Counted from the stretch's first letter, positions 24,001-39,000 are shown. The stretch: 64,000 bases of DNA from Eledone cirrhosa (GCA_964016885.1 OZ024740.1:139004001-139068000), one strand, 5' to 3'. The notes: generated by a model from the letters alone, not told the origin. Translations and numbers: made by a program.

Positions 24001-27000
24001 CATTGTTGCTGTTAGTCTTGTTGTTGTTGTCTTTGTTGTTGTTAGTCTTGTTGTTGTTAGTATTGTTGTTATTAGTGTTGTTGTTGTTGTCATTTTTGTT
24101 GTTGTCATTGTTGTTATTAGTCTTGTTGTTGTTAGTCTTGTCGTTGTTGTCATTGTTGTAATTAGTCTTGTTGTTAGTCTTGTTGTTGTTAGTCTTGTTG
24201 TTGTTAGTCTTGTTGTTGTTGTCATTGTTGCTGTTAGTCTTGTTGTTTTCATTTTTGTTGTTAATCTTGTTGTTGTTAGTCTTGTTGTTGTTAGTCTTGT
24301 TGTTGTTTTAATCGTTGCTGTTAGTCTTTTTGTTGTTGCAATTGTTGCTGTTAGTCTTGTTGTTGTTGTTAGTCTTGTTGTTGTTGTCATTGTTGTTGTT
24401 AGTCTTGTTGTTGTTGTCATTGTTGTTGTTAGTCTTGTCGTTGTTGTCATTGTTGTTGTTAGTCTTGTTGTTTTTGTCATTGTTGCTGTTAGTCTCTTTG
24501 TTGTTGTCATTGTTGTTGTTAGTCTTGTTGTTTTTGTCATTGTTGCTGTTAGTCTTGTTGTTGTTGTCATTGTTGTTGTTAGTCTTGTTGTTGTTGTCAT
24601 TGTTGTTGTTACTCTTGTTGTTGTTGTCATTGTTGTTGTTGTCATTGTTGTTGTTAATCTCGTTGTTGTTGTCATTGTTGTTGTTAGTCTTGCTGTTGTT
24701 GTCATTGTTGCTGTTAGTCTTTTTGTTGTTGTCATTGTTGTTGTTAGTCTTGTTGTTGTTGTCATTGTTGTTGTTGTCATTTTTGTTGTTAGTCTTGTTG
24801 TTGTTGTCATTGTTGCTGTTAGTCTTGTTGTTGTTGTCATTGTTGTTGTTAGTCTTGTTGTTGTTGTCATTGTTGCTGTTAGTCTTGTTGTTGTTGTCAT
24901 TGTTGTTGTTAGTCTTGTTGTTGTTTTCATTGTTGCTGTTAGTCTTGTTGTTGTTGTCATTGTTGTTGTTAGTCTTGTTGTTGTTGTCATTGTTGTTGTT
25001 GTCATTGTTGTTGTTAATCTCGTTGTTGTTGTCATAGTTGTTGTTAGTCTCGGTTAGTCTTGTTGTTGTTGTCATTGTTATTGTTAGTATTGTTGTTGTT
25101 GTCATTGTTGTTGTTAGTCATGTTGTTGTTGTCATTGTTGTTGTTAGTCTTGTTGTTGTTGTCATTGTTGTTGTTGTCATTGTTATTGTTAGTCTTGTTG
25201 TTGTTGTCATTGTTATTGTTAGTATTCTTGTTGTTGTCATTGTTGTTGTTAGTCTTGTTGTTGTTGTCATTATTGTTGTTAGTCTTGTTGTTGTTGTCAT
25301 TGTTGTTGTTGTCATTTTTGTTGTTAGTCTTGTTGTTGTTGTCATTGTTGCTGTTAGTCTTGTTGTTGTTGTCATTGTTGTTGTTAGTCTTGTTGTTGTC
25401 ATTGTTGCTGTTAGTCTTGTTGTTGTTGTCATTGTTGTTGTTAGTCTTGTTATTGTTTTCATTGTTGCTGTTAGTCTTGTTGTTGTTGTCATTGTTGTTG
25501 TTAGTCTTGTTGTTGTTGTCATTGTTGTTGTTAGTCTTGTTGTTGTTGTCATTGTTGTTGTTGTCATTGTTGTTGTTAATCTCGTTGTTGTTGTCATAGT
25601 TGTTGTTAGTCTTGTTGTTGTTGTCATTGTTATTGTTAGTCTTGTTGTTGTTGTCATTGTTGTTGTTAGTCATGTTGTTGTTGTCATTGTTGTTGTTAGT
25701 CTTGTTATTGTTGTCATTGTTGTTGTTGTCATTGTTGTTGTTAATCTTGTTGTTGTTAGTCTTGTTGTTGTTAGTCTTGCTGTTGTTGTCATTGTTGCTG
25801 TTAGTCTTTTTGTTGTTGTCATTGTTGTTGTTAGTCTTGTTGTTGTTGTCATTGTTGTTGTTGTCATTTTTGTTGTTAGTCATGTTTTTGTTGTCATTGT
25901 TGCTGTTAGTCTTGTTGTTGTTGTCATTGTTGTTGTTAGTCTTGTTGTTGTTGTCATTGTTGCTGTTAGTCTTGTTGTTGTTGTCATTGTTGTTGTTAGT
26001 CTTGTTGTTGTTTTCATTGTTGCTGTTAGTCTTGTTGTTGTTGTCATTGTTGTTGTTAGTCTTGTTGTTGTTGTCATTGTTGTTGTTAGTCTTGTTGTTG
26101 TTGTCATTGTTGTTGTTGTCATTGTTGTTGTTAATCTCGTTGTTGTTGTCATTGTTGTTGTTAGTCTTGGTTAGTCTTGTTGTTGTTGTCATTGTTATTG
26201 TTAGTCTTGTTGTTATTGTCATTGTTGTTGTTAGTCATGTTGTTGTTGTCATTGTTGTTGTTAGTCTTGTTTTTGTCATTGTTGTTGTTGTCATTGTTGT
26301 TGTTAGTCTTGTTGTTCCTGTTAGGCTTGTTGTTGTTGTCATTGTTGCTGTTAGTCTTGTTGTTGTTGTCATTGTTGCTGTTAGTCTTGTTGTTGTTGTC
26401 ATTGTTGCTGTTAGTCTTTTTGTTGTTGTCATTGTTGTTGTTAGTCTTGTTGTTGTTGTCATTGTTGTTGTTAGTCTCGTCGTTGTTGTCATTGTTGTTG
26501 TTAGTCTTGTTGTTTTTGTCATTGTTGCTGTTAGTCTTGTTGTTGTTGTCATTGTTGTTGTTAATCTCGTTGTTGTTGTCATTGTTGTTGTTAGTCTTGT
26601 TGTTGTTGTCATTGTTGTTGTTAGTCTTGTTGTTGTTGTAATTGTTGTTGTTAGTCTTGTTGTTTTTGTCATTGTTGTTGTTGTTGTCATTGTTGTTGTT
26701 AGTCTTGTTGTTGTTGTCATTGTTGTTGTTACTCTTGTTGTTGTTGTCATTGTTGTTGTTAATCTCGTTGTTGTTGTCATTGTTGTTGTTAGTCTTGCTG
26801 TCGTTGTCATTGTTGCTGTTAGTCTTTTTGTTGTTGTCATTGTTGTGGTTAGACTTGTTGTTGTTGTCATTGTTGTTGTTGTCATTTTTGTTGTTGTTGT
26901 CATTGTGGTTGTTGTCATTGTTGTTGTTAATCTCGTTGTTGTTGTCATTGTTGTTGTTAGTCTTGTTGTTGTTGTCATTGTTATTGTTATTCTTCTTGTT

Positions 27001-30000
27001 GTTGTCATTGTTGTTGTTAGTCATGTTGTTGTTGTCATTGTTGTTGTTAGTCTTGTTGTTGTCATTGTTGTTGTTGTCATTGTTGTTGTTAGTCTTGTTG
27101 TTGTTGTCATTGTTATTGTTAGTCTTCTTGTTGTTGTCATTGTTGTTGTTAGTCTTGTTGTTGTTGTCATTATTGTTGTTAGTCTTGTTGTTGTTGTCAT
27201 TGTTGTTGTTAGTCTTGTTGTTGTTGTCAGTGTTGTTGTTAGTATTGTTGTTGATAGTCTTGTTGTTGTTGTCATTGTTGTTGTTAGTCTTGTTGTTGTT
27301 AATCTTGTTGTTGTTGTCATTTTTGTTGTTAATCTTGTTGTTGTTAGTCTTGTTGTTAGTCTTGTTGTTGTTGTCATTGTTGCTGTTAGTCTTGTTGTTG
27401 TTGTCTTTGTTGTTGTTAGTCTTGTTGTTGTTGTCAGTGTTGTTGTTAGTATTGTTGTTGTTAGTGTTGTTGTTGTTGTCATTTTTGTTGTTGTCATTGT
27501 TGTTATTAGTCTTGTTGTTGTTAGTCTTGTTGTTGTTGTCATTGTTGTAATTAGTCTTGTTGTTGTTAGTCTTGTTGTTGTTGTAATTGTTGCTGTTAGT
27601 CTTTTTGTTGTTGCAATTGTTGCTGTTAGTCTTGTTGTTGTTGTTAGGCTTGTTGTTGTTGTCATTGTTGTTGTTAGTCTTGTTGTTGTTGTCATTGTTG
27701 CTGTTAGTCTTGTTGTTGTTGTCATTGTTGTTGTTAGTCTTGTTGTTGTTTTCATTGTTGCTGTTAGTCTTCTTGTTGTTGTCATTGTTGTTGTTAGTCT
27801 TGTTGTTGTTGTCATTGTTGTTGTTAGTCTTGTTGTTGTTGTCATTGTTGTTGTTGTCATTGTTGTTGTTAATCTAGTTGTTGTTGTCATTGTTGTTGTT
27901 AGTCTTGTTGTTGTTGTCATTGTTATTGTTAGTCTTCTTGTTGTTGTCATTGTTGTTGTTAGTCATGTTGTTGTTGTCATTGTTGTTGTTAGTCTTGTTG
28001 TTGTCATTGTTGTTGTTGTCATTGTTGTTGTTAGTCTTGTTGTTGTTGTCATTATTGTTGTTAGTCTTGTTGTTGTTGTCAGTGTTGTTGTTAGTATTGT
28101 TGTTGTTAGTCTTGTTGTTGTTGTCATTGTTGTTATTTGTCTTGTTGTTGTTAGTCTTGTTGTTGTTAGTCTTGCTGTTGTTGTCATTGTTGCTGTTAGT
28201 CTTTTTGTTGTTGTCATTGTTGTTGTTAGTCTTGTTGTTGTTGTCATTGTTGTTGTTGTCATTTTTGTTGTTAGTCATGTTTTTGTTGTCATTGTTGCTG
28301 TTAGTCTTGTTGTTGTTGTCATTGTTGTTGTTAGTCTTGTTGTTGTTGTCATTGTTGCTGTTAGTCTTGTTGTTGTTGTCATTGTTGTTGTTAGTCTTGT
28401 TGTTGTTTTCATTGTTGCTGTTAGTCTTGTTGTTGTTCTCATTGTTGTTGTTAGTCTTGTTGTTGTTGTCATTGTTGTTGTTAGTCTTGTTGTTGTTGTC
28501 ATTGTTGTTGTTGTCATTGTTGTTGTTAATCTCGTTGTTGTTGTCATTGTTGTTGTTAGTCTTGGTTAGTCTTGTTGTTGTTGTCATTGTTATTGTTAGT
28601 CTTGTTGTTGTTGTCATTGTTGTTGTTAGTCATGTTGTTGTTGTCATTGTTGTTGTTAGTCTTGTTTTTGTCATTGTTGTTGTTGTCATTGTTGTTGTTA
28701 GTCTTGTTGTTCCTGTTAGGCTTGTTGTTGTTGTCATTGTTGCTGTTAGTCTTGTTGTTGTTGTCATTGTTGCTGTTAGTCTTGTTGTTGTTGTCATTGT
28801 TGCTGTTAGTCTTTTTGTTGTTGTCATTGTTGATGTTAGTCTTGTTGTTGTTGTCATTGTTGTTGTTAGTCTCGTCGTTGTTGTCATTGTTGTTGTTAGT
28901 CTTGTTGTTTTTGTCATTGTTGCTGTTAGTCTTGTTGTTGTTGTCATTGTTGTTGTTAATCTCGTTGTTGTTGTCATTGTTGTTGTTAGTCTTGTTGTTG
29001 TTGTCATTGTTGTTGTTAGTCTTGTTGTTGTTGTAATTGTTGTTGTTAGTCTTGTTGTTTTTGTCATTGTTGCTGTTAGTCTTGTTGTTGTTGTCATTGT
29101 TGTTGTTAGTCTTGTTGTTGTTGTCATTGTTGTTGTTACTCTTGTTGTTGTTGTCATTGTTGTTGTTAATCTCGTTGTTGTTGTCATTGTTGTTGTTAGT
29201 CTTGCTGTCGTTGTCATTGTTGCTGTTAGTCTTTTTGTTGTTGTCATTGTTGTGGTTAGACTTGTTGTTGTTGTCATTGTTGTTGTTGTCATTTTTGTTG
29301 TTGTTGTCATTGTGGTTGTTGTCATTGTTGTTGTTAATCTCGTTGTTGTTGTCATTGTTGTTGTTAGTCTTGTTGTTGTTGTCATTGTTATTGTTATTCT
29401 TCTTGTTGTTGTCATTGTTGTTGTTAGTCATGTTGTTGTTGTCATTGTTGTTGTTAGTCTTGTTGTTGTCATTGTTGTTGTTGTCATTGTTGTTGTTAGT
29501 CTTGTTGTTGTTGTCATTGTTATTGTTAGTCTTCTTGTTGTTGTCATTGTTGTTGTTAGTCTTGTTGTTGTTGTCATTATTGTTGTTAGTCTTGTTGTTG
29601 TTGTCATTGTTGTTGTTAGTCTTGTTGTTGTTGTCAGTGTTGTTGTTAGTATTGTTGTTGATAGTCTTGTTGTTGTTGTCATTGTTGTTGTTAGTCTTGT
29701 TGTTGTTAATCTTGTTGTTGTTGTCATTTTTGTTGTTAATCTTGTTGTTGTTAGTCTTGTTGTTAGTCTTGTTGTTGTTGTCATTGTTGCTGTTAGTCTT
29801 GTTGTTGTTGTCTTTGTTGTTGTTAGTCTTGTTGTTGTTGTCAGTGTTGTTGTTAGTATTGTTGTTGTTAGTGTTGTTGTTGTTGTCATTTTTGTTGTTG
29901 TCATTGTTGTTATTAGTCTTGTTGTTGTTAGTCTTGTTGTTGTTGTCATTGTTGTAATTAGTCTTGTTGTTGTTAGTCTTGTTGTTGTTGTAATTGTTGC

Positions 30001-33000
30001 TGTTAGTCTTTTTGTTGTTGCAATTGTTGCTGTTAGTCTTGTTGTTGTTGTTAGGCTTGTTGTTGTTGTCATTGTTGTTGTTAGTCTTGTTGTTGTTGTC
30101 ATTGTTGTTGTTAGTCTTGTCGTTGTTGTCATTGTTGTTGTTAGTCTTGTTGTTTTTGTCATTGTTGCTGTTTGTCTTGTTGTTGTTGTCATTGTTGTTG
30201 TTAATCTCGTTGTTGTTGTCATTGTTGTTGTTAGTCTTGTTGTTGTTGTCATTGTTGTTGTTAGTCTTGTTGTCGTTGTAATTGTTGTTGTTAGTCTTGT
30301 TTTTGTCATTGTTGCTGTTAGTCTTTTTGTTGTTGTCATTGTTGTTGTTAGTCTTTTTTTTTGTCATTGTTGCTGTTAGTCTTGTTGTTGTTGTCATTGT
30401 TGTTGATAGTCTTGTTGTTGTTGTCATTGTTGTTGTTACTCTTGTTGTTGTTGTCATTGTTGTTGTTGTCATTGTTGTTGTTAATCTCGTTGTTGTTGTC
30501 ATTGTTGTTGTTAGTCTTGCTGTTGTTGTCATTGTTGTTGTTGTCATTTTTGTTGTTAGTCTTGTTGTTGTTGTCATTGTTGCTGTTAGTCTTGTTGTTG
30601 TTGTCATTGTTGTTGTTAGTCTTGTTGTTGTTGTCATTGTTGCTGTTAGTCTTGTTGTTGTTGTCATTGTTGTTGTTAGTCTTGTTGTTGTTTTCATTGT
30701 TGCTGTTAGTCTTGTTGTTGTTGTCATTGTTGTTGTTAGTCTTGTTGTTGTTGTCATTGTTGTTGTTAGTCTTGTTGTTGTTGTCATTGTTGTTGTTAGT
30801 CTCGTCGTTGTTGTCATTGTTGTTGTTAGTCTTGTTGTTTTTGTCATTGTTGCTCTTAGTCTTGTTGTTGTTGTCATTGTTGTTGTTAATCTCGTTGTTG
30901 TTGTCATTGTTGTTGTTAGTCTTGTTGTTGTTGTCATTGTTGTTGTTAGTCTTGTTGTTGTTGTAATTGTTGTTGTTAGTCTTGTTGTTTTTGTCATTGT
31001 TGCTGTTAGTCTTTTTGTTGTTGTCATTGTTGTTGTTAGTCTTGTTGTATTTGTCATTGTTGCTGTTAGTCGTGTTGTTGTTGTCATTGTTGTTGTTAGT
31101 CTTGTTGTTGTTGTCATTGTTGTTGTTACTCTTGTTGTTGTTGTCATTGTTGTTGTTAATCTCGTTGTTGTTGTCATTGTTGTTGTTAGTCTTGCTGTTG
31201 TTGTCATTGTTGCTGTTAGTCTTTTTGTTGTTGTCATTGTTGTGGTTAGACTTGTTGTTGTTGTCATTGTTGTTGTTGTCATTTTTGTTGTTAGTCTTGT
31301 TGTTGTTGTCACTGTTGCTGTTAGTCTTGTTGTTATTGTCATTGTTGTTGTTAGTCTTGTTGTTGTTGTCATTGTTGCTGTTAGTCTTGTTGTTGTTGTC
31401 ATTGTTGTTGTTAGTCTTGTTGTTGTTTTCATTGTTGCTGTTAGTCATCTTGTTGTTGTCATTGTTGTTGTTAGTCTTGTTGTTGTTGTCATTGTTGTTG
31501 TTAGTTTTGTTGTTGTTGTCATTGTGGTTGTTGTCATTGTTGTTGTTAATCTCGTTGTTGTTGTCATTGTTGTTGTTAGTCTTGTTGTTGTTGTCATTGT
31601 TATTGTTATTCTTCTTGTTGTTGTCATTGTTGTTGTTAGTCATGTTGTTGTTGTCATTGTTGTTGTTAGTCTTGTTGTTGTCATTGTTGTTGTTGTCATT
31701 GTTGTTGTTAGTCTTGTTGTTGTTGTCATTGTTATTGTTAGTCTTCTTGTTGTTGTCATTGTTGTTGTTAGTCTTGTTGTTGTTGTCATTATTGTTGTTA
31801 GTCTTGTTGTTGTTGTCATTGTTGTTGTTAGTCTTATTGTTGTTGTCAGTGTTGTTGTTAGTATTGTTGTTGATACTCTTGTGGTTGTTGTCATTGTTGT
31901 TGTTAGTCTTGTTGTTGTTAGTCTTGTTGTTGTTGTCATTTTTGTTGTTAATCTTGTTGTTGTTAGTCTTGTTAGTCTTGTTGTTGTTGTCATTGTTGCT
32001 GTTAGTCTTGTTGTTGTTGTCTTTGTTGTTGTTAGTCTTGTTGTTGTTGTCAGTGTTGTTGTTAGTATTGTTGTTGTTAGTGTTGTTGTTGTTGTCATTT
32101 TTGTTGTTGTCATTGTTGTTATTAGTCTTGTTGTTGTTAGTCTTGTTGTTGTTGTCATTGTTGTAATTAGTCTTGTTGTTGTTAGTCTTCTTGTTGTTAG
32201 TCTTGTTGTTGTTGTCATTGTTGCTGTTAGTCTTGTTGTTGTTTTCATTTTTGTTGTTAATCTTGTTGTTGTTAGTCTTGTTGTTGTTAGTCTTGTTGTT
32301 GTTGTAATTGTTGCTGTTAGTCTTTTTGTTGTTGCAATTGTTGCTGTTAGTCTTGTTGTTGTTGTTAGGCTTGTTGTTGTTGTCATTGTTGTTGTTAGTC
32401 TTGTTGTTGTTGTCATTGTTGTTGTTAGTCTTGTCGTTGTTGTCATTGTTGTTGTTAGTCTTGTTGTTTTTGTCATTGTTGCTGTTAGTCTTGTTGTTGT
32501 TGTCATTGTTGTTGTTAATCTCGTTGTTGTTGTCATTGTTGTTGTTAGTCTTGTTGTTGTTGTCATTGTTGTTGTTAGTCTTGTTGTCGTTGTAATTGTT
32601 GTTGTTAGTCTTGTTGTTTTTGTCATTGTTGCTGTTAGTCTTTTTGTTGTTGTAATTGTTGTTGTTAGTCTTGTTGTTTTTGTCATTGTTGCTGTTAGTC
32701 TTGTTGTTGTTGTCATTGTTGTTGATAGTCTTGTTGTTGTTGTCATTGTTGTTGTTACTCTTGTTGTTGTTGTCATTGTTGTTGTTGTCATTGTTGTTGT
32801 TAATCTCGTTGTTGTTGTCATTGTTGTTGTTAGTCTTGCTGTTGTTGTCATTGTTGTTGTTGTCATTTTTGTTGTTAGTCTTGTTGTTGTTGTCATTGTT
32901 GCTGTTAGTCTTGTTGTTGTTGTCATTGTTGTTGTTAGTCTTGTTGTTGTTGTCATTGTTGCTGTTAGTCTTGTTGTTGTTGTCATTGTTGTTGTTAGTC

Positions 33001-36000
33001 TTGTTGTTGTTTTCATTGTTGCTGTTAGTCTTGTTGTTGTTGTCATTGTTGTTGTTAGTCTTGTTGTTGTTGTCATTGTTGTTGTTAGTCTTGTTGTTGT
33101 TGTCATTATTGTTGTTGTCATTGTTGTTGTTAATCTCGTTGTTGTTGTCATTGTTGTTGTTAGTCTTGGTTAGTCTTGTTGTTGTTGTCATTGTTATTGT
33201 TAGTCTTGTTGTTGTTGTCATTGTTGTTGTTAGTCATGTTGTTGTTGTCATTGCTGTTGTTAGTCTTGTTGTTGTTGTCATTGTTGTTGTTAGTCTTGTT
33301 GTTGTTGTCATTGTTATTGTTAGTCTTCTTGTTGTTGTCATTGTTGTTGTTAGTCTTGTTGTTGTTGTCATTATTGTTGTTAGTCTTGTTGTTGTTGTCA
33401 TTGTTGTTGTTGTCATTTTTGTTGTTAGTCTTGTTGTTGTTGTCATTGTTGCTGTTAGTCTTGTTGTTGTTGTCATTGTTGTTGTTAGTCTTGTTGTTGT
33501 TGTCATTGTTGCTGTTAGTCTTGTTGTTGTTGTCATTGTTGTTGTTAGTCTTGTTGTTGTTTTCATTGTTGCTGTTAGTCTTGTTGTTGTTGTCATTGTT
33601 GTTGTTAGTCTTGTTGTTGTTGTCATTGTTGTTGTTAGTCTTGTTGTTGTTGTCATTGTTGTTGTTGTCATTGTTGTTGTTAATCTCGTTGTTGTTGTCA
33701 TAGTTGTTGTTAGTCTTGTTGTTGTTGTCATTGTTATTGTTAGTCTTGTTGTTGTTGTCATTGTTGTTGTCATTGTTGTTGTTAGTCATGTTGTTGTTGT
33801 CATTGTTGTTGTTAGTCTTGTTGTCTTTGTCTTTGTTGTTGTTGTCATTGTTGTTGTTAATCTTGTTGTTGTTAGTCTTGTTGTTGTTAGTCTTGTTGTT
33901 GTTGTAATTGTTGCTGTTAGTCTTTTTGTTGTTGCAATTGTTGCTGTTAGTCTTGTTGTTGTTGTTAGTCTTGTTGTTGTTGTCATTGTTGTTGTTAGTC
34001 TTGTTGTTGTTGTCATTGTTGTTGTTAGTCTTGTCGTTGTTGTCATTGTTGTTGTTAGTCTTGTTGTTTTTGTCATTGTTGCTTTTAGGCTTGTTGTTGT
34101 TGTCATTGCTGTTGTTAATCTCGTTGTTGTTGTCATTGTTGTTGTTAGTCTTGTTGTTGTTGTCATTGTTGTTGTTAGTCTTGTTGTTGTTGTAATTGTT
34201 GTTGTTAGTCTTGTTGTTTTTGTCATTGTTGCTGTTAGTTTTTTGTTGTTGTCATTGTTGTTGTTAGTCTTGTTGTTGTTGTCATTGTTGTTGTTGTCAT
34301 TGTTGTTGTTAATCTCGTTGTTGTTGTCATTGTTGTTGTTAGTCTTGCTGTTGTTGTCATTGTTGCTGTTAGTCTTTTTGTTGTTGTCATTGTTGTTGTT
34401 AGTCTTGTTGTTGTTGTCATTGTTGTTGTTGTCATTTTTGTTGTTAGTCACGTTTTTGTTGTCATTGTTGCTGTTAGTCTTGTTGTTGTTGTCATTGTTG
34501 TTGTTAGTCTTGTTGTTGTTGTCATTGTTGCTGTTAGTCTTGTTGTTGTTGTCATTGTTGTTGTTAGTCTTGTTGTTGTTTTCATTGTTGCTGTTAGTCT
34601 TGTTGTTGTTGTCATTGTTGTTGTTAGTCTTTTTGTTGTTGTCATTGTTGTTGTTAGTCTTGTTGTTGTTGTCATTGTTGTTGTTGTCATTGTTGTTGTT
34701 AATCTCGTTGTTGTTGTCATTGTTGTTGTTAGTCTTGGTTAGTCTTGTTGTTGTTGTCATTGTTATTGTTAGTCTTGTTGTTGTTGTCATTGTTGTTGTT
34801 AGTCAAGTTGTTGTTGTCATTGTTGTTGTCATTGTTGTTGTTAGTCTTGTTGTTGTTGTCATTGTTGTTGTTGTCATTGTTGTTGTTAGTCTTGTTGTTG
34901 TTGTCATTGTTATTGTTAGTCTTCTTGTTGTCGTCATTGTTGTTGTTAGTCTTGTTGTTGTTGTCATTATTGTTGTTAGTCTTGTTGTTGTTGTCATTGT
35001 TGTTGTTGTTGTCATTTTTGTTGTTAGTCTTGTTGTTGTTGTCATTGTTGCTGTTAGTCTTGTTGTTGTTGTCATTGTTGTTGTTAGTCTTGTTGTTGTT
35101 TTCATTGTTGCTGTTAGTCTTGTTGTTGTTGTCATTGTTGTTGTTAGTCTTGTTGTTGTTGTCATTTTTGTTGTTAGTCTTGTTGTTGTTGTCATTGTTG
35201 TTGTTGTCATTGTTGTTGTTAATCTCGTTGTTGTTGTCATACTTGTTGTTAGTCTTGTTGTTGTTGTCATTGTTGTTGTTAGTCTTGTTGTTGTTGTCAT
35301 TGTTGTTGTTGTCATTGTTGTTGTTAGTCTTGTTGTTGTTGTCATTGTTATTGTTAGTCTTCTTGTTGTTGTCATTGTTGTTGTTAGTCTTGTTGTTGTT
35401 GTCATTGTTCTTGTTAGTCTTATTGTTGTTGTCAGTGTTGTTGTTAGTATTGTTGTTGTTAGTCTTGTTGTTGTTAGTCTTGTTGTTGTCATTGTTGTAG
35501 TTAGTCTTGTTGTTGTTAGTCTTGTTGTTGTTGTCATTTTTGTTGTTAATCTTGTTGTTGTTAGTCTCGTTGTTAGTCTTGTTGTTGTTGTCAATTTTGC
35601 TGTTAGTCTTGTTGTTGTTGTCTTTGTTGTTGTTAGTCTTGTTGTTGTTGTCAGTGTTACAGTTAGTCTTGTTGTTGTCATTTTTGTTGTTAGTCTGGTT
35701 GTTGTCATTGTTGTTGTTAGTCTTGTAGTTGTTGTCATTGTTGTTGTTAGTCTTGTTGTTGTTGTCATTTTTTTGTTAGTCTTTTTGTTGTTGTCATTGT
35801 TGTTGTTAGTCTTGATGTTGTTAGTCTTGTTGTTGTTTTCATTGTTGTTGTTAGACTAATTGTTGTAGTCATTGTTGCTGTTAGTCTTGTTGTTGTTGTC
35901 ATTGTTGTTGTTAGTCTTGTTGTTGTTAGTCTTGTTGTTGTTGTCATTGTTGTTGTTAGTCTTTTTGTTGTTAGTCTTGTTGTTGTCATTGTTGTTGTAG

Positions 36001-39000
36001 GTCTTGTTGTTGTCATTGTTGTTCTTATTCTTGTTGTTGTTAGTCTTGTTGTTGTTGTGTCATTGTTTTTGTTTGTCTTCTTGTTGTTAGTCTTGTTGTT
36101 GTTAGTCTTGTTGTTGTTGTCATTGTTGTTGTTGTCATTGTTGTTGTTAATCTCGTTGTTGTTGTCATTGTTGTTGTTAGTCTTGGTTAGTCTTGTTGTT
36201 GCTGTCATTGTTATTGTTAGTCTTGTTGTTGTTGTCATTGTTGTTGTTAGACATGTTGTTGTTGTCATTGTTGTTGTTAGTCTTGTTTTTGTCATTGTTG
36301 TTGTTGTCATTGTTGTTGTTAGTCTTGTTGTTCCTGTTAGGCTTGTTGTTGTTGTCATTGTTGCTGTTAGTCTTGTTGTTGTTGTCATTGTTGCTGTTAG
36401 TCTTGTTGTTGTTGTCATTGTTGCTGTTAGTCTTTTTGTTGTTGTCATTGTTGTTGTTAGTCTTGTTGTTGTTGTCATTGTTGTTGTTAGTCTCGTCGTT
36501 GTTGTCATTGTTGTTGTTAGTCTTGTTGTTTTTGTCATTGTTGCTGTTAGTCTTGTTGTTGTTGTCATTGTTGTTGTTAATCTCGTTGTTGTTGTCATTG
36601 TTGTTGTTAGTCTTGTTGTTGTTGTCATTGTTGTTGTTAGTCTTGTTGTTGTTGTAATTGTTGTTGTTAGTCTTGTTGTTTTTGTCATTGTTGCTGTTAG
36701 TCTTTTTGTTGTTGTCATTGTTGTTGTTAGTCTTGTTGTTTTTGTCATTGTTGCTGTTAGTCTTGTTGTTGTTGTCATTGTTGTTGTTAGTCTTGTTGTT
36801 GTTGTCATTGTTGTTGTTACTCTTGTTGTTGTTGTCATTGTTGTTGTTAATCTCGTTGTTGTTGTCATTGTTGTTGTTAGTCTTGCTGTTGTTGTCATTG
36901 TTGCTGTTAGTCTTTTTGTTGTTGTCATTGTTGTGGTTAGACTTGTTGTTGTTGTCATTGTTGTTGTTGTCATTTTTGTTGTTAGTCTTGTTGTTGTTGT
37001 CACTGTTGCTGTTAGTCTTGTTGTTATTGTCATTGTTCTTGTTAGTCTTGTTGTTGTTGTCATTGTTGCTGTTAGTCTTGTTGATGTTGTCATTGTTGTT
37101 GTTAGTCTTGTTGTTGTTTTCATTGTTGCTGTTAGTCTTCTTGTTGTTGTCATTGTTGTTGTTAGTCTTGTTGTTGTTGTCATTGTTGTTGTTAGTTTTG
37201 TTGTTGTTGTCATTGTGGTTGTTGTCATTGTTGTTGTTAATCTCGTTGTTGTTGTCATTGTTGTTGTTAGTCTTGTTGTTGTTGTCATTGTTATTGTTAT
37301 TCTTCTTGTTGTTGTCATTGTTGTTGTTAGTCATGTTGTTGTTGTCATTGTTGTTGTTAGTCTTGTTGTTGTCATTGTTGTTGTTGTCATTGTTGTTGTT
37401 AGTCTTGTTGTTGTTGTCATTGTTATTGTTAGACTTCTTGTTGTTGTCATTGTTGTTGTTAGTCTTGTTGTTGTTGTCATTATTGTTGTTAGTCTTGTTG
37501 TTGTTGTCATTGTTGTTGTTAGTCTTGTTGTTGTTGTCAGTGTTGTTGTTAGTATTGTTGTTGATAGTCTTGTTGTTGTTGTCATTGTTGTTGTTAGTCT
37601 TGTTGTTGTTAGTCTTGTTGTTGTTGTCATTGTTGCTGTTAGTCTTGTTGTTGTTGTCTTTGTTGTTGTTAGTCTTGTTGTTGTTGTCAGTGTTGTTGTT
37701 AGTATTGTTGTTGTTAGTGTTGTTGTTGTTGTCATTTTTGTTGTTGTCATTGTTGTTATTAGTCTTGTTGTTGTTAGTCTTGTTGTTGTTGTCATTGTTG
37801 TAATTAGTCTTGTTGTTGTTAGTCTTGTTGTTGTTAGTCTTGTTGTTGTTGTCATTGTTGCTGTTAGTCTTGTTGTTGTTTTCATTTTTGTTGTTAATCT
37901 TGTTGTTGTTAGTCTTGTTGTTGTTAGTCTTGTTATTGTTGTAATTGTTGCTGTTAGTCTTTTTGTTGTTGCAATTGTTGCTGTTAGTCTTGTTGTTGTT
38001 GTTAGGCTTGTTGTTGTTGTCATTGTTGTTGTTAGTCTTGTTGTTGTTGTCATTGTTGTTGTTAGTCTTGTCGTTGTTGTCATTGTTGTTGTTAGTCTTG
38101 TTGTTTTTGTCATTGTTGCTGTTAGTCTTGTTGTTGTTGTCATTGTTGTTGTTAATCTCGTTGTTGTTGTCATTGTTGTTGTTAGTCTTGTTGTTGTTGT
38201 CATTGTTGTTGTTAGTCTTGTTGTCGTTGTAATTGTTGTTGTTAGTCTTGTTGTTTTTGTCATTGTTGCTGTTAGTCTTTTTGTTGTTGTCATTGTTGTT
38301 GTTAGTCTTGTTGTTTTTGTCATTGTTGCTGTTAGTCTTGTTGTTGTTGTCATTGCTGTTGATAGTCTTGTTGTTGTTGTCATTGTTGTTGTTACTCTTG
38401 TTGTTGTTGTCATTGTTGTTGTTGTCATTGTTGTTGTTAATCTCGTTGTTGTTGTCATTGTTGTTGTTAGTCTTGCTGTTGTTGTCATTGTTGTTGTTGT
38501 CATTTTTGTTGTTAGTCTTGTTGTTGTTGTCATTGTTGCTGTTAGTCTTGTTGTTGTTGTCATTGTTGTTGTTAGTCTTGTTGTTGTTGTCATTGTTGCT
38601 GTTAGTCTTGTTGTTGTTGTTGTCATTGTTGTTGTTAGTCTTGTTGTTGTTTTCATTGTTGCTGTTAGTCTTGTTGTTGTTGTCATTGTTGTTGTTAGTC
38701 TTATTGTTGTTGTCATTGTTGTGGTTAGTCTTGTTGTTGTTGTCATTGTTGTTGTTGTCATTGTTGTTGTTAATCTCGTTGTTGTTGTCATTGTTGTTGT
38801 TAGTCTTGGTTAGTCTTGTTGTTGTTGTCATTGTTATTGTTAGTCTTGTTGTTGTTGTCATTGTTGTTGTCATTGTTGTTGTTAGTCATGTTGTTGTTGT
38901 TATTGTTGTTGTTAGTCTTGTTGTCTTTGTCTTTGTTGTTGTTGTCATTGTTATTGTTAATCTTGTTGTTGTTAGTCTTGTTGTTGTTAGTCTTGTTGTT